A stretch of DNA of 31,937 nt, taken from positions 1 through 31,937 of the IMG/VR virus record IMGVR_UViG_3300027896_000139, one strand, 5' to 3'. Position numbers and translations under genes: made by a program. This DNA is from a virus (lineage: Duplodnaviria > Caudoviricetes). A model generated the notes under the pieces. It searched no databases. It was not told where the DNA came from and saw nothing but the letters and a program-made list of their open reading frames with translations. This document shows, piece after piece, positions 1 to 8,797 of this stretch (within the stretch, counting starts at the first letter, position 1; each line of letters starts with the position of its first letter).

Positions 1-562
1 CATCTGTTACACCATCAGTAACACCTTCAGTTACACCGTCAGTTACACCAAGTGTAACTCCAAGTATTACGCCTTCTATAACACCATCAATTTCCGTAAC
101 ACCATCAGTGACACCATCAGTGACATCTACAGCAAGTGTAACACCTTCAGTAACACCTTCAATAACATCTACAGCAAGTGTAACACCATCAGTGACACCA
201 TCGGTAAGCGTCACACCATCAGTTAGCGTTACACCATCTATAACCTCATCTATTACACCATCAGTTATACCTTCTATAACACCGTCAGTTAGCGTTACAC
301 CATCTATTACACCATCTATAACCTCATCTATTACACCATCAGTTAGCGTTACACCATCTATAACCTCATCTATTACACCATCTATTACACCATCAGTTAC
401 ACCGTCAAAAACACCATCAGTTAGCGTTACACCATCAGTTACACCGTCAAAAACACCATTAGTTAGCGTTACACCATCTATTACACCGTCAATCACACCA
501 TCAGTTAGCGTTACACCATCTATTACACCAAGTAAACCCCCAACACCAACCCCAACTCCTTC
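1..562 (+). repeat. Degenerate coding tandem repeat, unit about 12 nt (GTTACACCATCA-like)
   Basis: Many ACACCATC/ACACCGTC units encoding TPSV/TPSI, with longer duplicated blocks such as acaccatcagttagcgttacaccatcta. Confidence 0.9.
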
Positions 563-872
563 ACCGCACGTATTAGTTGTTGCGGCTTCACCAACATCTC
601 TAAGCAACACAGGCTGCTCGGTTGGTAGTGTCTGTACTACAACAGGCTCAACCACTGCATCAGTAACCTCAGGTGGCTCAGGAAACTATACATACCAATG
701 GAATGTTGTATCTGGATCAATTACAGTTGTAAATCCAACCTCAGCTACTACACAAGTTAAAACTTCTTCAAACTATTCATCTCCGTTAGGTGGTGCTATT
801 AATTGTACAATAACTGATACAACATATGGCATTAATGCAACAACAAGTAGTGTAAATATTAATTTTTCCTAA
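3..872 (+). CDS. Thr/Pro/Ser-rich repeat protein (5' truncated), probable virion fibre or decoration protein with a C-terminal beta-rich domain
   Basis: The frame of the 108..872 ORF stays open back to position 3. TPS[VI] repeats are followed by PTPTPTP and an Ig/PKD-like segment (GGSGNYTYQW). Confidence 0.75.
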   Translation, partial: SVTPSVTPSVTPSVTPSVTPSITPSITPSISVTPSVTPSVTSTASVTPSVTPSITSTASVTPSVTPSVSVTPSVSVTPSITSSITPSVIPSITPSVSVTPSITPSITSSITPSVSVTPSITSSITPSITPSVTPSKTPSVSVTPSVTPSKTPLVSVTPSITPSITPSVSVTPSITPSKPPTPTPTPSPHVLVVAASPTSLSNTGCSVGSVCTTTGSTTASVTSGGSGNYTYQWNVVSGSITVVNPTSATTQVKTSSNYSSPLGGAINCTITDTTYGINATTSSVNINFS

Positions 873-881
873 TAAAAATTT

Positions 882-974
882 ATGATAAACTATCCATTCA
901 CCATCAATAATTGTAGCACTGGAACACTTGCAAAAGTACCAGTCTCCGCACCAGTCTCAAATACTGCCAGCTAA
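882..974 (+). CDS. Possible 30-aa peptide MINYPFTINNCSTGTLAKVPVSAPVSNTAS
   Basis: ATG at 882 and TAA at 972-974. No RBS and no recognisable family; may be non-coding. Confidence 0.2.
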   Translation: MINYPFTINNCSTGTLAKVPVSAPVSNTAS

Positions 975-1008
975 GTTTTCGTTCCTTATATAGGAACCTT
1001 ATATTATA

Positions 1009-1036
1009 AAATCTATATATCTTTGTATATAGATTT
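1009..1036. repeat. 11-bp perfect inverted repeat AAATCTATATA-N6-TATATAGATTT
   Basis: Read directly; lies just upstream of the gp20 promoter motif. Confidence 0.7.
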
Positions 1037-1050
1037 ACTCTTTTTATTAT

Positions 1051-1056
1051 TAAATA
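1051..1056 (+). promoter_or_regulatory. T4-late-like promoter core TAAATA
   Basis: 6 nt before the gp20 ATG; the same spacing recurs before other genes. Confidence 0.65.
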
Positions 1057-1062
1057 ATTCAA

Positions 1063-2826
1063 ATGGCTGACAATAAAAGTGTAAATGCTACAGGTTTCTT
1101 TAAGAACATCACCAATAAGTTACCTTATCAGTCATTAGATCTTAATGCTGTGCTTGGGCAGTTAAACCCAAAATATGAGGTATTCCAAGACACAGGTTCT
1201 AGAAGAACTGAAGCATTAGCACGCCAATCGATATTTTACGATAACGATTATAATAATACACCTTCCGGTCAGATTGCAAAAGGTGGTATTTACAATGACT
1301 TAGTATATGCTAATATTCAGGTTGATAAGGGTCCAAGAATTCTTGACTATAGAATTATGGCTGCCTTTGCTGAAGTTTCAGATTGTTTAGATGAAATCTG
1401 TGATGAATGTGTAAACAAAGATGAGCATGGTAATGTAGCTAAGTTACATTTTCGCAATATTGAGTTAGAGGAACACGATAAGCATAAAATCGATAATGAA
1501 TTTAAGAAGTATATTAATAACTTTGAATTGGAAAAGAAAGGTTGGGAATATTTTAGACAACTATTAATTGAAGGTGAATTATACTTTGAACATATTATTC
1601 ACAAATCTTTTCCAGAAGAAGGTATTTTAGGCGCCGTTCAGTTACCAACAGAACTTATTGACCCAATCTTTGATAATATTCAAAATATGATTATCAAAGG
1701 CTATATTTTAAGAAAGCCAATTTTTGATCCAAATAAGCCTAATAAGATTGAAAAGTATGAATTTATCCCAATGGATAAAAATCAGATTACTTATATCAAT
1801 TCTGGTATTTGGAACCAAGACAAAACATTTAGATTACCATTTATTGAAAACTGTAGAAGAGCTTATAGACAGCTTTCATTAATTGAAGATAGTATTGTTA
1901 TTTACCGTTTAGTAAGAGCTCCAGAACGTCTAGTATTTAATGTCGATGTTGGTAATATGGCACCACCAAAGGCTGAAGCTTACCTTCGTAAGTTAATTCA
2001 GGAATATTGGAGTAAAAAGACATTTGACGTTAACCAATCAGTTAACCCAGTCCAGAAGTTCAATCCACAATCCATGCTTGATAGTTTCTGGTTTGCAAAG
2101 AGAGCTGGTAGTGAAGGTACATCAGTTACTCAATTAGCTGGTGGTCAAAATTTAGGTGAGTTAACTGACTTAATGTACTTTGTTAGAAAGTTATACAAAG
2201 CATTAAAGGTACCAACCAATAGGTTAGATGAACAAAGTTCGTTTAAAGATGGTAATGAAATATTGAGAGAGGAACTTAAGTTTGCTCGTTTCATTATTCG
2301 TTTACAACAAAACTTTGCTAGTGGTCTAAAGAACGGATTTATTACACATTTAAAGTTAAAGGGTCTTATTGACAAGTACGAACTTAAAGAACATAACCTT
2401 CATATAGAGTTAAACGTACCAACAAACTTTTATGAATTAAGAGAAAATCAAAAGCTAGAATTAAAGGTGACAAACTTTAATAATCTAGCTACCAACCCAT
2501 TTATTTCACCGACATACGCACAAAAGAAACTATTAGGTTGGAACGATATCGATATTAAAGCTAATAGAGAGTTTTTACGTAAAGATAAAGAATTGGAGTG
2601 GGAATTAAACCAGATTACAACTGGTGGTCCAAATTGGAGAGATCAATTTACGGGTGGTGCTCAAGGTGGGGGTACCACTCCTGCAGCTACTACCGGTGGT
2701 GCAGAAACTCCACCACCATTTGGTGCACCAGCAGCAGGAGCAGCTCCAGCAGGTGAAGTACCAGCAGCAGGAACAGAAGCTCCCCCAGCGGCTGGAGCTG
2801 AAGCAACTCCACCACCAACAACTTAA
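1063..2826 (+). CDS. gp20: Portal vertex protein (T4 gp20 family)
   Basis: EDSIVIYRLVRAPERLVFNVDVGNM, KLYKALKVP, EILREELKFARFIIRLQ; G/A/P-rich tail. Confidence 0.97.
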   Translation: MADNKSVNATGFFKNITNKLPYQSLDLNAVLGQLNPKYEVFQDTGSRRTEALARQSIFYDNDYNNTPSGQIAKGGIYNDLVYANIQVDKGPRILDYRIMAAFAEVSDCLDEICDECVNKDEHGNVAKLHFRNIELEEHDKHKIDNEFKKYINNFELEKKGWEYFRQLLIEGELYFEHIIHKSFPEEGILGAVQLPTELIDPIFDNIQNMIIKGYILRKPIFDPNKPNKIEKYEFIPMDKNQITYINSGIWNQDKTFRLPFIENCRRAYRQLSLIEDSIVIYRLVRAPERLVFNVDVGNMAPPKAEAYLRKLIQEYWSKKTFDVNQSVNPVQKFNPQSMLDSFWFAKRAGSEGTSVTQLAGGQNLGELTDLMYFVRKLYKALKVPTNRLDEQSSFKDGNEILREELKFARFIIRLQQNFASGLKNGFITHLKLKGLIDKYELKEHNLHIELNVPTNFYELRENQKLELKVTNFNNLATNPFISPTYAQKKLLGWNDIDIKANREFLRKDKELEWELNQITTGGPNWRDQFTGGAQGGGTTPAATTGGAETPPPFGAPAAGAAPAGEVPAAGTEAPPAAGAEATPPPTT

Positions 2827-2829
2827 ATA
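2824..2829 (+). promoter_or_regulatory. T4-late-like promoter core TAAATA
   Basis: Overlaps the gp20 stop codon; 6 nt before the ATG at 2836. Confidence 0.6.
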
Positions 2830-2835
2830 TAACAT

Positions 2836-4038
2836 ATGCCAGTACCAAATCGTTGCGAAATAACACCAATCTCGGCATTTCAAAGTACTAATCTTTCTAG
2901 TAAGATTACATCGTTCGATTTACTTGGTAAAAGAATACTAAGATCTCTTGGTTACCCTTCAATTAACGTAGAGCTTCATATAGATCAAATAAACGATAAT
3001 ATTAGTATAGCTTGTGAAATGTTTACTAAGTTTGCTGGCTATACAAGAGAGTATCTCATTTTTAACAGCAATCTTTACATTCAAAATTATGGTTTAAAGC
3101 TTGATGCTCTTTTTACAGCACAAAGTAACGACTCTTATTTAGCTCAGTTAAACAATGACGATTTTAATCCAAACGACCCAAATAGTTTAGAAACAAACAA
3201 CCCACTTTACAACAAGTATATTGACAACAATGTAAATCTTTATACAGCCAATAGTGCAATTCCTGGTAGTTATTTTTCTAGCATTTCAGCATTGTCGGCT
3301 GCATACCAATACGGTATGTTTGCAAATACTGTTATACCATTAACTGCTTATATGTTAATTGATCAGAGTTTATCAGGAACTTTAGATCAATACTTTACAC
3401 CAAGTTTAACAAACAACATCACACAGTTGGGTTCAACAATTTCTACACCAAATCCAATTTACTTAAACAGCTTTGATTATGACGTAATGGACTATAGAAA
3501 GGTAATGGCTGTTGTAGACTTTGAAGAAGGTTCAACATCTGGTATCAATACATTATTCACAATTGAACAAACATTAGCACAGCAAACCTATTTCAGCTAC
3601 GCCATGGGTAATTATGGCTTTGATTTGGTAAGTTGGTATGTATTAAAGGATTGGTTAAAGAATAGAGAGAAGTTATTAGCTACAAAACCATCTTGGGATT
3701 TTGATGATAGAACTCAATTACTAAGATTGTACCCGCAACCAGGTTACAACAAAGGACAAAGTACTCAGTACTACGGTGTTTTACAATGCTACGTTGAAAG
3801 AGCATTGAGAGATGTAATTAAAGAACCGTGGGTCTATCAGTATACATTAGCATTGTGCAAAATTACTTTAGGTAGAATTAGAGGTAAGTTTGTTGGTACA
3901 GCATTATTCGGTGGTGGTCAAGTAAATGCTAATATGTTAGAGGAAGGTTTAAATGAAAAGAAGGAACTCGAACAAAGACTCTACGAAGGCGCACCAGGTA
4001 TGGGTGATAATGAACCACCACAATTCTTTGTTGCATAA
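2836..4038 (+). CDS. gp13: Neck/head-tail adaptor protein (T4 gp13 family)
   Basis: ILRSLGYPSINVEL..DQI at the N-terminus; WVYQYTLALCK..LGRIRGKF...LFGGGQVN...E.KELE at the C-terminus. Confidence 0.88.
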   Translation: MPVPNRCEITPISAFQSTNLSSKITSFDLLGKRILRSLGYPSINVELHIDQINDNISIACEMFTKFAGYTREYLIFNSNLYIQNYGLKLDALFTAQSNDSYLAQLNNDDFNPNDPNSLETNNPLYNKYIDNNVNLYTANSAIPGSYFSSISALSAAYQYGMFANTVIPLTAYMLIDQSLSGTLDQYFTPSLTNNITQLGSTISTPNPIYLNSFDYDVMDYRKVMAVVDFEEGSTSGINTLFTIEQTLAQQTYFSYAMGNYGFDLVSWYVLKDWLKNREKLLATKPSWDFDDRTQLLRLYPQPGYNKGQSTQYYGVLQCYVERALRDVIKEPWVYQYTLALCKITLGRIRGKFVGTALFGGGQVNANMLEEGLNEKKELEQRLYEGAPGMGDNEPPQFFVA

Positions 4039-4040
4039 TA

Positions 4041-4490
4041 GTGATGGAAACAAAGTTTAAGCAGGGTATATATAAACCACAAAATGGTGTAAAGTATATT
4101 GGTTCAAATTATCCCATATATAGGTCTGGTTGGGAGTTAAGATTTTTTAGATGGGCAGATATGAACGAAAACATATTGGCTTGGGGTAGTGAAAATATTA
4201 TTATACCATATGTTAGTCCAGTTGACGGCAAAGTACATAGATACTTTGTTGATAACTTTGTAGTATTCAAAGATAAAGATGGTAATAAACAAAAGTTTCT
4301 AATTGAAATTAAACCAAGCAAACAAGTAGCTAAACCATTAGCGCATGGTAATAAAAAGAAGTCTACAATACTGTATGAGCAAGTAACTTGGATAACAAAC
4401 CAGGCTAAGTGGGATGCTGCTAAAAAATGGGCTGAAAAGAAAGGTTACCAATTCATTATACTAACTGAAAAGGAACTTGGCATCCGTTGA
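4041..4490 (+). CDS. gp4: Head completion protein (T4 gp4 / TnsA-like nuclease fold)
   Basis: YRSGWELRF..W.D....AWGSE..IPY.SP.DGK.HRYF.D, LIEIKP, NQAKW.AA, F.ILTEKEL. Start is GTG 4041 or ATG 4044. Confidence 0.92.
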   Translation: MMETKFKQGIYKPQNGVKYIGSNYPIYRSGWELRFFRWADMNENILAWGSENIIIPYVSPVDGKVHRYFVDNFVVFKDKDGNKQKFLIEIKPSKQVAKPLAHGNKKKSTILYEQVTWITNQAKWDAAKKWAEKKGYQFIILTEKELGIR

Positions 4491-4507
4491 TTAAACACGT
4501 GAGAACA

Positions 4508-4513
4508 TAAATA
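4508..4513 (+). promoter_or_regulatory. T4-late-like promoter core TAAATA
   Basis: 5 nt before the gp21 ATG. Confidence 0.6.
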
Positions 4514-4518
4514 ATATT

Positions 4519-5181
4519 ATGAGTTTTAAACTTATCGTTGAAACGCCAACAAACAATAACGATTTTGAGTATATTGTTGAAGAAAAGAATGTAAATCAAC
4601 CAAGAAACTTTTTCATTAAAGGCCCATATATGATGGCTGAAGGTGCTAATAGAAACAAGAGAATCTATTCGCTTAATGAAATGATTTCTGAAGTAAAGCG
4701 TTACGAAGAGGAAATGATTAAGCCAGGTCGTTCAATGGGTGAGCTAAACCACCCAACAACAGCAGATGTTGATTTAGGCAGAGCTTGCCACCTTGTCACA
4801 GAGTTAAAGCAAGATGGTAACGTGTTTTTCGGTAAGAGTAAGATCTTATCAACACCAACAGGCTTAATTGTCCGTAGCTTAATTGAAGATGGTGTAAAGG
4901 TTGGTATGAGTACAAGAGGTTTGGGTATGTTAGTTTCAGAATCTAACGGCAATAACAGAGTTAAGAACTTTAGATTAGTAGCTGTTGATTGCGTTGCTGA
5001 TCCAAGCTTTCCTAAAGCTTTTGTTAATGGAATTTTAGAAAGTAAGCAATATGTATTAGCAGAGAATGGATCTTTTGAAGAAAAATATGATAACTTTGAA
5101 CGTAATATCAGCACATTACCAACAAAGAATAAAGACGAGTATTTACGTAGGTCCATTATCAACTTTATAAATAATTTATAA
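4519..5181 (+). CDS. gp21: Prohead core protease (T4 gp21 family)
   Basis: NRNKRIY, GELNHP (His), GMSTRGLG (Ser), DCVADPS.P.AFVNGILE. Confidence 0.96.
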   Translation: MSFKLIVETPTNNNDFEYIVEEKNVNQPRNFFIKGPYMMAEGANRNKRIYSLNEMISEVKRYEEEMIKPGRSMGELNHPTTADVDLGRACHLVTELKQDGNVFFGKSKILSTPTGLIVRSLIEDGVKVGMSTRGLGMLVSESNGNNRVKNFRLVAVDCVADPSFPKAFVNGILESKQYVLAENGSFEEKYDNFERNISTLPTKNKDEYLRRSIINFINNL

Positions 5182-5182
5182 C

Positions 5183-5317
5183 ATGAAGGAACAAATCAGA
5201 AAGTTTATTGCTGCTGTCATGGATCAAAGAAATAAACATGCAAATGATCATTTAAAAGCAGCCGTTGATGAAAAAATCAAGCGCAAAATAATAAATAATA
5301 ATAACAACATTTTCTAA
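5183..5317 (+). CDS. Small prohead core protein, gp67-like (44 aa, absent from the ORF track)
   Basis: MKEQIRKFIAAVMDQRNKHANDHLKAAVDEKIKRKIINNNNNIF fills the gp21-gp22 gap with 1-nt spacers; TATAAATA at 5166-5173. Confidence 0.65.
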   Translation: MKEQIRKFIAAVMDQRNKHANDHLKAAVDEKIKRKIINNNNNIF

Positions 5318-5318
5318 T

Positions 5319-6158
5319 ATGGATACGCTAAAAGATTTATCCCCGGAGTCAATGACAGAAATTCAAAACGCTATCAACAGTAAAGTTGAAGCAAAGGTAC
5401 AGATACAGGTTGAAAAAGCTTTAGCAGAACAAGATGAGCTCTACAGCAATAAGCTTACAAAATTATTAGAAGCCATTGATAATGATCATTCAGCAAAGTT
5501 AGAAAGAGTTGTTGAAGCTATCGATAATGATAGAGCTGAAAAGTTAAAGATGGTCATTAGTAAGTACGAGAACGTACTCAATGAAGATGCAAAGAATTTT
5601 AAAGCACAATTAGTAGAATCAATTAGTGACTACTTAGATGCTTACTTAGAAGAATCAGTACCAGCAGCTGAAATTAAGGAAGCTGTTCGCAATAAGAAAG
5701 CAATCAAGGTATTAGAGAATCTAAGAAACCATTTAGCCATCGATGCTGCCCTTCAAAAAGAGAGCATCAAAGAAGCAATTCTTGATGGCAAAGCGCAAAT
5801 AAATGAAGCTTCCACGAAGCTTGAGTCTGTCGTTGCTGAAAATGCATCGTTAAAGGATGAGTTAGATACCATTAAGGTAAACTTACTCATCGAACAACGC
5901 ATTGCAAATCTTGACGAACAACAAAAGAAGTATATCAAAAAGGTCTTCGCTAATAAGTCACCAAACTTCATTAACGAAAACTTCGATTACACATTAAAGT
6001 TATTCGACAAAAAGGCAAATAGCAGACTCGAGTCTTTAAAGGAAGAAGCACTATCAGAATCAACAAATGTTGATAGAGTAGTTTCAGAACAAACTGAAGA
6101 AGTAGTTTCTGAAAGTGCACAACTTTCTCCTTACTTAACAGAATTAAGTAAGTACTAA
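5319..6158 (+). CDS. gp22: Prohead scaffolding protein (T4 gp22 family)
   Basis: Acidic coiled-coil between protease and capsid genes; LVESISDYLDAYLEE; many (L/I/V)xE sites. Confidence 0.85.
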   Translation: MDTLKDLSPESMTEIQNAINSKVEAKVQIQVEKALAEQDELYSNKLTKLLEAIDNDHSAKLERVVEAIDNDRAEKLKMVISKYENVLNEDAKNFKAQLVESISDYLDAYLEESVPAAEIKEAVRNKKAIKVLENLRNHLAIDAALQKESIKEAILDGKAQINEASTKLESVVAENASLKDELDTIKVNLLIEQRIANLDEQQKKYIKKVFANKSPNFINENFDYTLKLFDKKANSRLESLKEEALSESTNVDRVVSEQTEEVVSESAQLSPYLTELSKY

Positions 6159-6178
6159 GAGACAATTTAAAAGGTTTT

Positions 6179-6237
6179 ATCCTGAGTTACCTGGTACGAA
6201 AGTACCTTGGGGTCGATGATTAGAGATTAATCAAGGA
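6179..6237 (+). promoter_or_regulatory. Structured leader and Shine-Dalgarno of the capsid gene
   Basis: GGTAC-GAAA-GTACC hairpin (6193-6206), TGATTA/TAATCA hairpin (6217-6233), AAGGA at 6233-6237. Confidence 0.5.
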
Positions 6238-6248
6238 AAATAAATTAC

Positions 6249-7751
6249 ATGAAATCAATTAGACCTACACAGGCCTATATCGACGAAACAAGAGCAGCAG
6301 CATTATTAGAGAAGTGGGCACCAGTGCTCGATTACTCCTCAAAGAATGTTGCACCAATCGAAGACGATCACACACGTTTAAACACAGCTATGTTACTTGA
6401 GAACCAAGAAGCATGGTGCTTACGTGAAGCAGGTCCAAACTACAACCCAGGTTCATCTGGCATTAACCGTGCTGGTAACCCAGGTGCAGTTGGTAATGCA
6501 GCTACAATGTATGCTGGTACAACAGTTACTGGTACACAAGGTACAGACACGTACGCAACGGGTGACTTCCGTCTTCCAAAGATCTTGATTCCGATGATCA
6601 GACGTACATTCCCCGAATTAATCACAAACGAGATCGTTGGTGTTCAACCAATGGCAGGTCCAGTAGGCCTTGCATTTGCATTACGTTACCGTTACACGGG
6701 TCAAACCCTTGGAACGAATGACGGTGCAGGTTCAGGCACAAACTTCCCTCCAGGTCAGCCAGGCACATTAGCCTCAGCTGCTGGTCAGGAAGCTGGATAT
6801 CAGTACTTACAAACGGCTTATACCGGTAACACAGCTGGCTACCTTTCAGGTACCCAGGGTGCTTATGGCTCGCTCACACAGTGGATTACCGCTGGTGGTG
6901 TTGACCAAGGCATTGCTGCTCTCTTACAAAACTACGAATTAACGAACGCAATTCCTACATTCGAAGTTACGTTCGAAAAGACAGCTGTTGAAGCAGGTAC
7001 AAGACGCTTAGGTGCTAACTGGTCAGTTGAACTCGAACAGGACTTAAAGAACATGAACGGTATTGATATCGACACTGAATTAACGAATGCTATGTCGTAC
7101 GAAATTCAGGCTGAAATCGACCGTGAAATGTTAATCAGAATGCTCCAGATTGCTCTTAACGCAGGTTATGGCAACGGCTATTCTGTGTGGTCGCCAGCAT
7201 CAGCTGACGGCCGCTGGTTAGTAGAACGTAACCGTGACTTCTACCAGAGAGTTATTATCGAAGCAAATCGTATTGCAGTTCGTAACCGTCGTGGTGCAGC
7301 TAACTTCGTAGTTGCTACACCAAACGTTGCAGCTATTCTTGAAATGTTACCTGAATTCCAATGGGTACCAGTTCAGGGTAATGTCAATACGCAGCCAGTA
7401 GGCGTTGCTAAGGTAGGTAACCTCGGTGGTCGCTTCAACGTCTACCGCGATACACGTACCGACGGCAATTATATGGCCGGCGAATACGGTACAACGAACC
7501 CACGCCCAGACTACGCCTTATTAGGCTACAAGGGCCCAGAGTTCTATGATACAGGTATCATCTACTGCCCATACATTCCTGTTATGGTTCAGCGCACGAT
7601 TGGTCAGAACGACTTCGCTCCAAGAGTTGGTTTACTCACACGTTATGGTGTGGTTGACAACATCTTCGGTGCAAGTCTTTACTATCACGTCATCCTCGTT
7701 AGTGGTATCGGTCAGTCGTTTACACCAGCTACAGCTGCTGTATACTTCTAA
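6249..7751 (+). CDS. gp23: Major capsid protein (T4 gp23 family)
   Basis: LLEKWAPVLD, LLENQE, GVQPMAGPVGLAFALR, ELEQDLK, EIQAEIDRE, YCPYIP, TRYG. Confidence 0.98.
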   Translation: MKSIRPTQAYIDETRAAALLEKWAPVLDYSSKNVAPIEDDHTRLNTAMLLENQEAWCLREAGPNYNPGSSGINRAGNPGAVGNAATMYAGTTVTGTQGTDTYATGDFRLPKILIPMIRRTFPELITNEIVGVQPMAGPVGLAFALRYRYTGQTLGTNDGAGSGTNFPPGQPGTLASAAGQEAGYQYLQTAYTGNTAGYLSGTQGAYGSLTQWITAGGVDQGIAALLQNYELTNAIPTFEVTFEKTAVEAGTRRLGANWSVELEQDLKNMNGIDIDTELTNAMSYEIQAEIDREMLIRMLQIALNAGYGNGYSVWSPASADGRWLVERNRDFYQRVIIEANRIAVRNRRGAANFVVATPNVAAILEMLPEFQWVPVQGNVNTQPVGVAKVGNLGGRFNVYRDTRTDGNYMAGEYGTTNPRPDYALLGYKGPEFYDTGIIYCPYIPVMVQRTIGQNDFAPRVGLLTRYGVVDNIFGASLYYHVILVSGIGQSFTPATAAVYF

Positions 7752-7776
7752 TACGTCCCAAAGGCGAAGATTCAAA

Positions 7777-7811
7777 AAGAGCCCGGTGTTGGAAACAACA
7801 CCGGGTTTCTT
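7777..7811. terminator. Intrinsic terminator, probably bidirectional
   Basis: AAGAGCCCGGTGTTG-GAAA-CAACACCGGGTTTCTT between convergent gp23 and queF; A-run to the left, T-rich to the right. Confidence 0.9.
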
Positions 7812-7815
7812 ATTC

Positions 7816-8763
7816 TTACTGCTTCGATGTTTTCACATGTGGGCTATTGACATCAAGCAAGTTCGTGCAAAACGTGTTTAACAGATTTAAACTACTTGCT
7901 CTTACCGGGTTAATATCAATACCGCCGCGGCGTGCATACAAACACATAACAAACAATTCATCTGGCTGGAAAATATCGTATAGACGCTTGTAAATGCATT
8001 CACAAATCTCTTCATGAAAATGGCACTCATCTCTAAATGAGACAATATACTTTAAGAGAGATAGCTTATTAACCTTGTAGCGTGAGTTGATGTAAATATA
8101 TACATCACCCCAATCTGGTTGGCTCGTTACACGACAATTACTCTTAAGTAATCCAGAATGAAAGTATTGACCATTGCGATCAGTCATGACTTCTAATTCG
8201 TGTTCAGTTAAAATATTACCTGTTTCTTTATAGATGAGGAACGGCTCTTTAATTAAAGATTTTTCGTCAATAATATTCTCCAAAGTAACGTACGTGTATT
8301 TGTTATAAACCCAATAGGCACTAGCTTCAGACTGGTCATAAATAAAACCTGGGATAAAGCCAACATTTACATTTGTTTCTAACTTTTCACCAAGATCTTT
8401 ACTTACTGTACGAGTAAACTTTAGCATTGCATCATGTACATTATTACCCATCTTCTCCATGTTGAAACTATTAAAATAAAGCTTAATAGACTTACTCTCA
8501 ACAATGTACTTATTACTTGCTGGGTAACAAATCTTAGCTACACCAGCCACCGGGCAACCATTATCTAATAAAAACGAACATTCATATGCATTCCAAGTAT
8601 CGTAACCAACAAAAGGTAAATTACTATCTTGTATACCCAGGTAAGTGCGGTTGTTGTGCCTTGGTTCTCTTACAAGTAACGTATTGTCATATGTATTCTT
8701 ATACTGTGAAGTTTTCCCTAAGTGAACGTTAATATTCGAATTATCTAATTGGTAATTGCTCAT
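7816..8763 (-). CDS. queF: NADPH-dependent 7-cyano-7-deazaguanine (preQ0) reductase, bimodular type
   Basis: QueF motif VESKSIKLYFNSFN; catalytic LLKSNCRVTSQPDWG; FHEE; YARRGGIDINPVR. Confidence 0.95.
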   Translation of the reverse strand: MSNYQLDNSNINVHLGKTSQYKNTYDNTLLVREPRHNNRTYLGIQDSNLPFVGYDTWNAYECSFLLDNGCPVAGVAKICYPASNKYIVESKSIKLYFNSFNMEKMGNNVHDAMLKFTRTVSKDLGEKLETNVNVGFIPGFIYDQSEASAYWVYNKYTYVTLENIIDEKSLIKEPFLIYKETGNILTEHELEVMTDRNGQYFHSGLLKSNCRVTSQPDWGDVYIYINSRYKVNKLSLLKYIVSFRDECHFHEEICECIYKRLYDIFQPDELFVMCLYARRGGIDINPVRASSLNLLNTFCTNLLDVNSPHVKTSKQ

Positions 8764-8769
8764 GGTTTT

Positions 8770-8797
8770 ATTATAGTTTATTTGTTACAATTTTCAA
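8770..8797 (-). promoter_or_regulatory. Sigma70-like promoter TTGAAA-N16-TATAAT
   Basis: -10 element ends 6 nt before the queF ATG. Confidence 0.6.

Noticed and set aside
1-562. Repeat tract as a CRISPR array
   Set aside because: The units are in-frame, degenerate at third positions and have no unique spacers; it is a coding repeat.
2605-2883. Cys/Trp-rich and Leu/Gln-rich ORFs (2605..2883, 2624..2863, 2690..2878)
   Set aside because: Shadow frames of the GCA/CCA-rich gp20 tail.
4701-5162. 153-aa antisense ORF and similar antisense ORFs elsewhere
   Set aside because: They lie wholly opposite well-supported genes and have no independent signals.
6181-6220. Hammerhead ribozyme (CTGA...GAAA)
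   Set aside because: No CUGANGA core, and the GAAA is a hairpin loop rather than a junction.
7546-7881. 111-aa ORF across the gp23 end
   Set aside because: It overlaps gp23, the terminator and queF; no motif.
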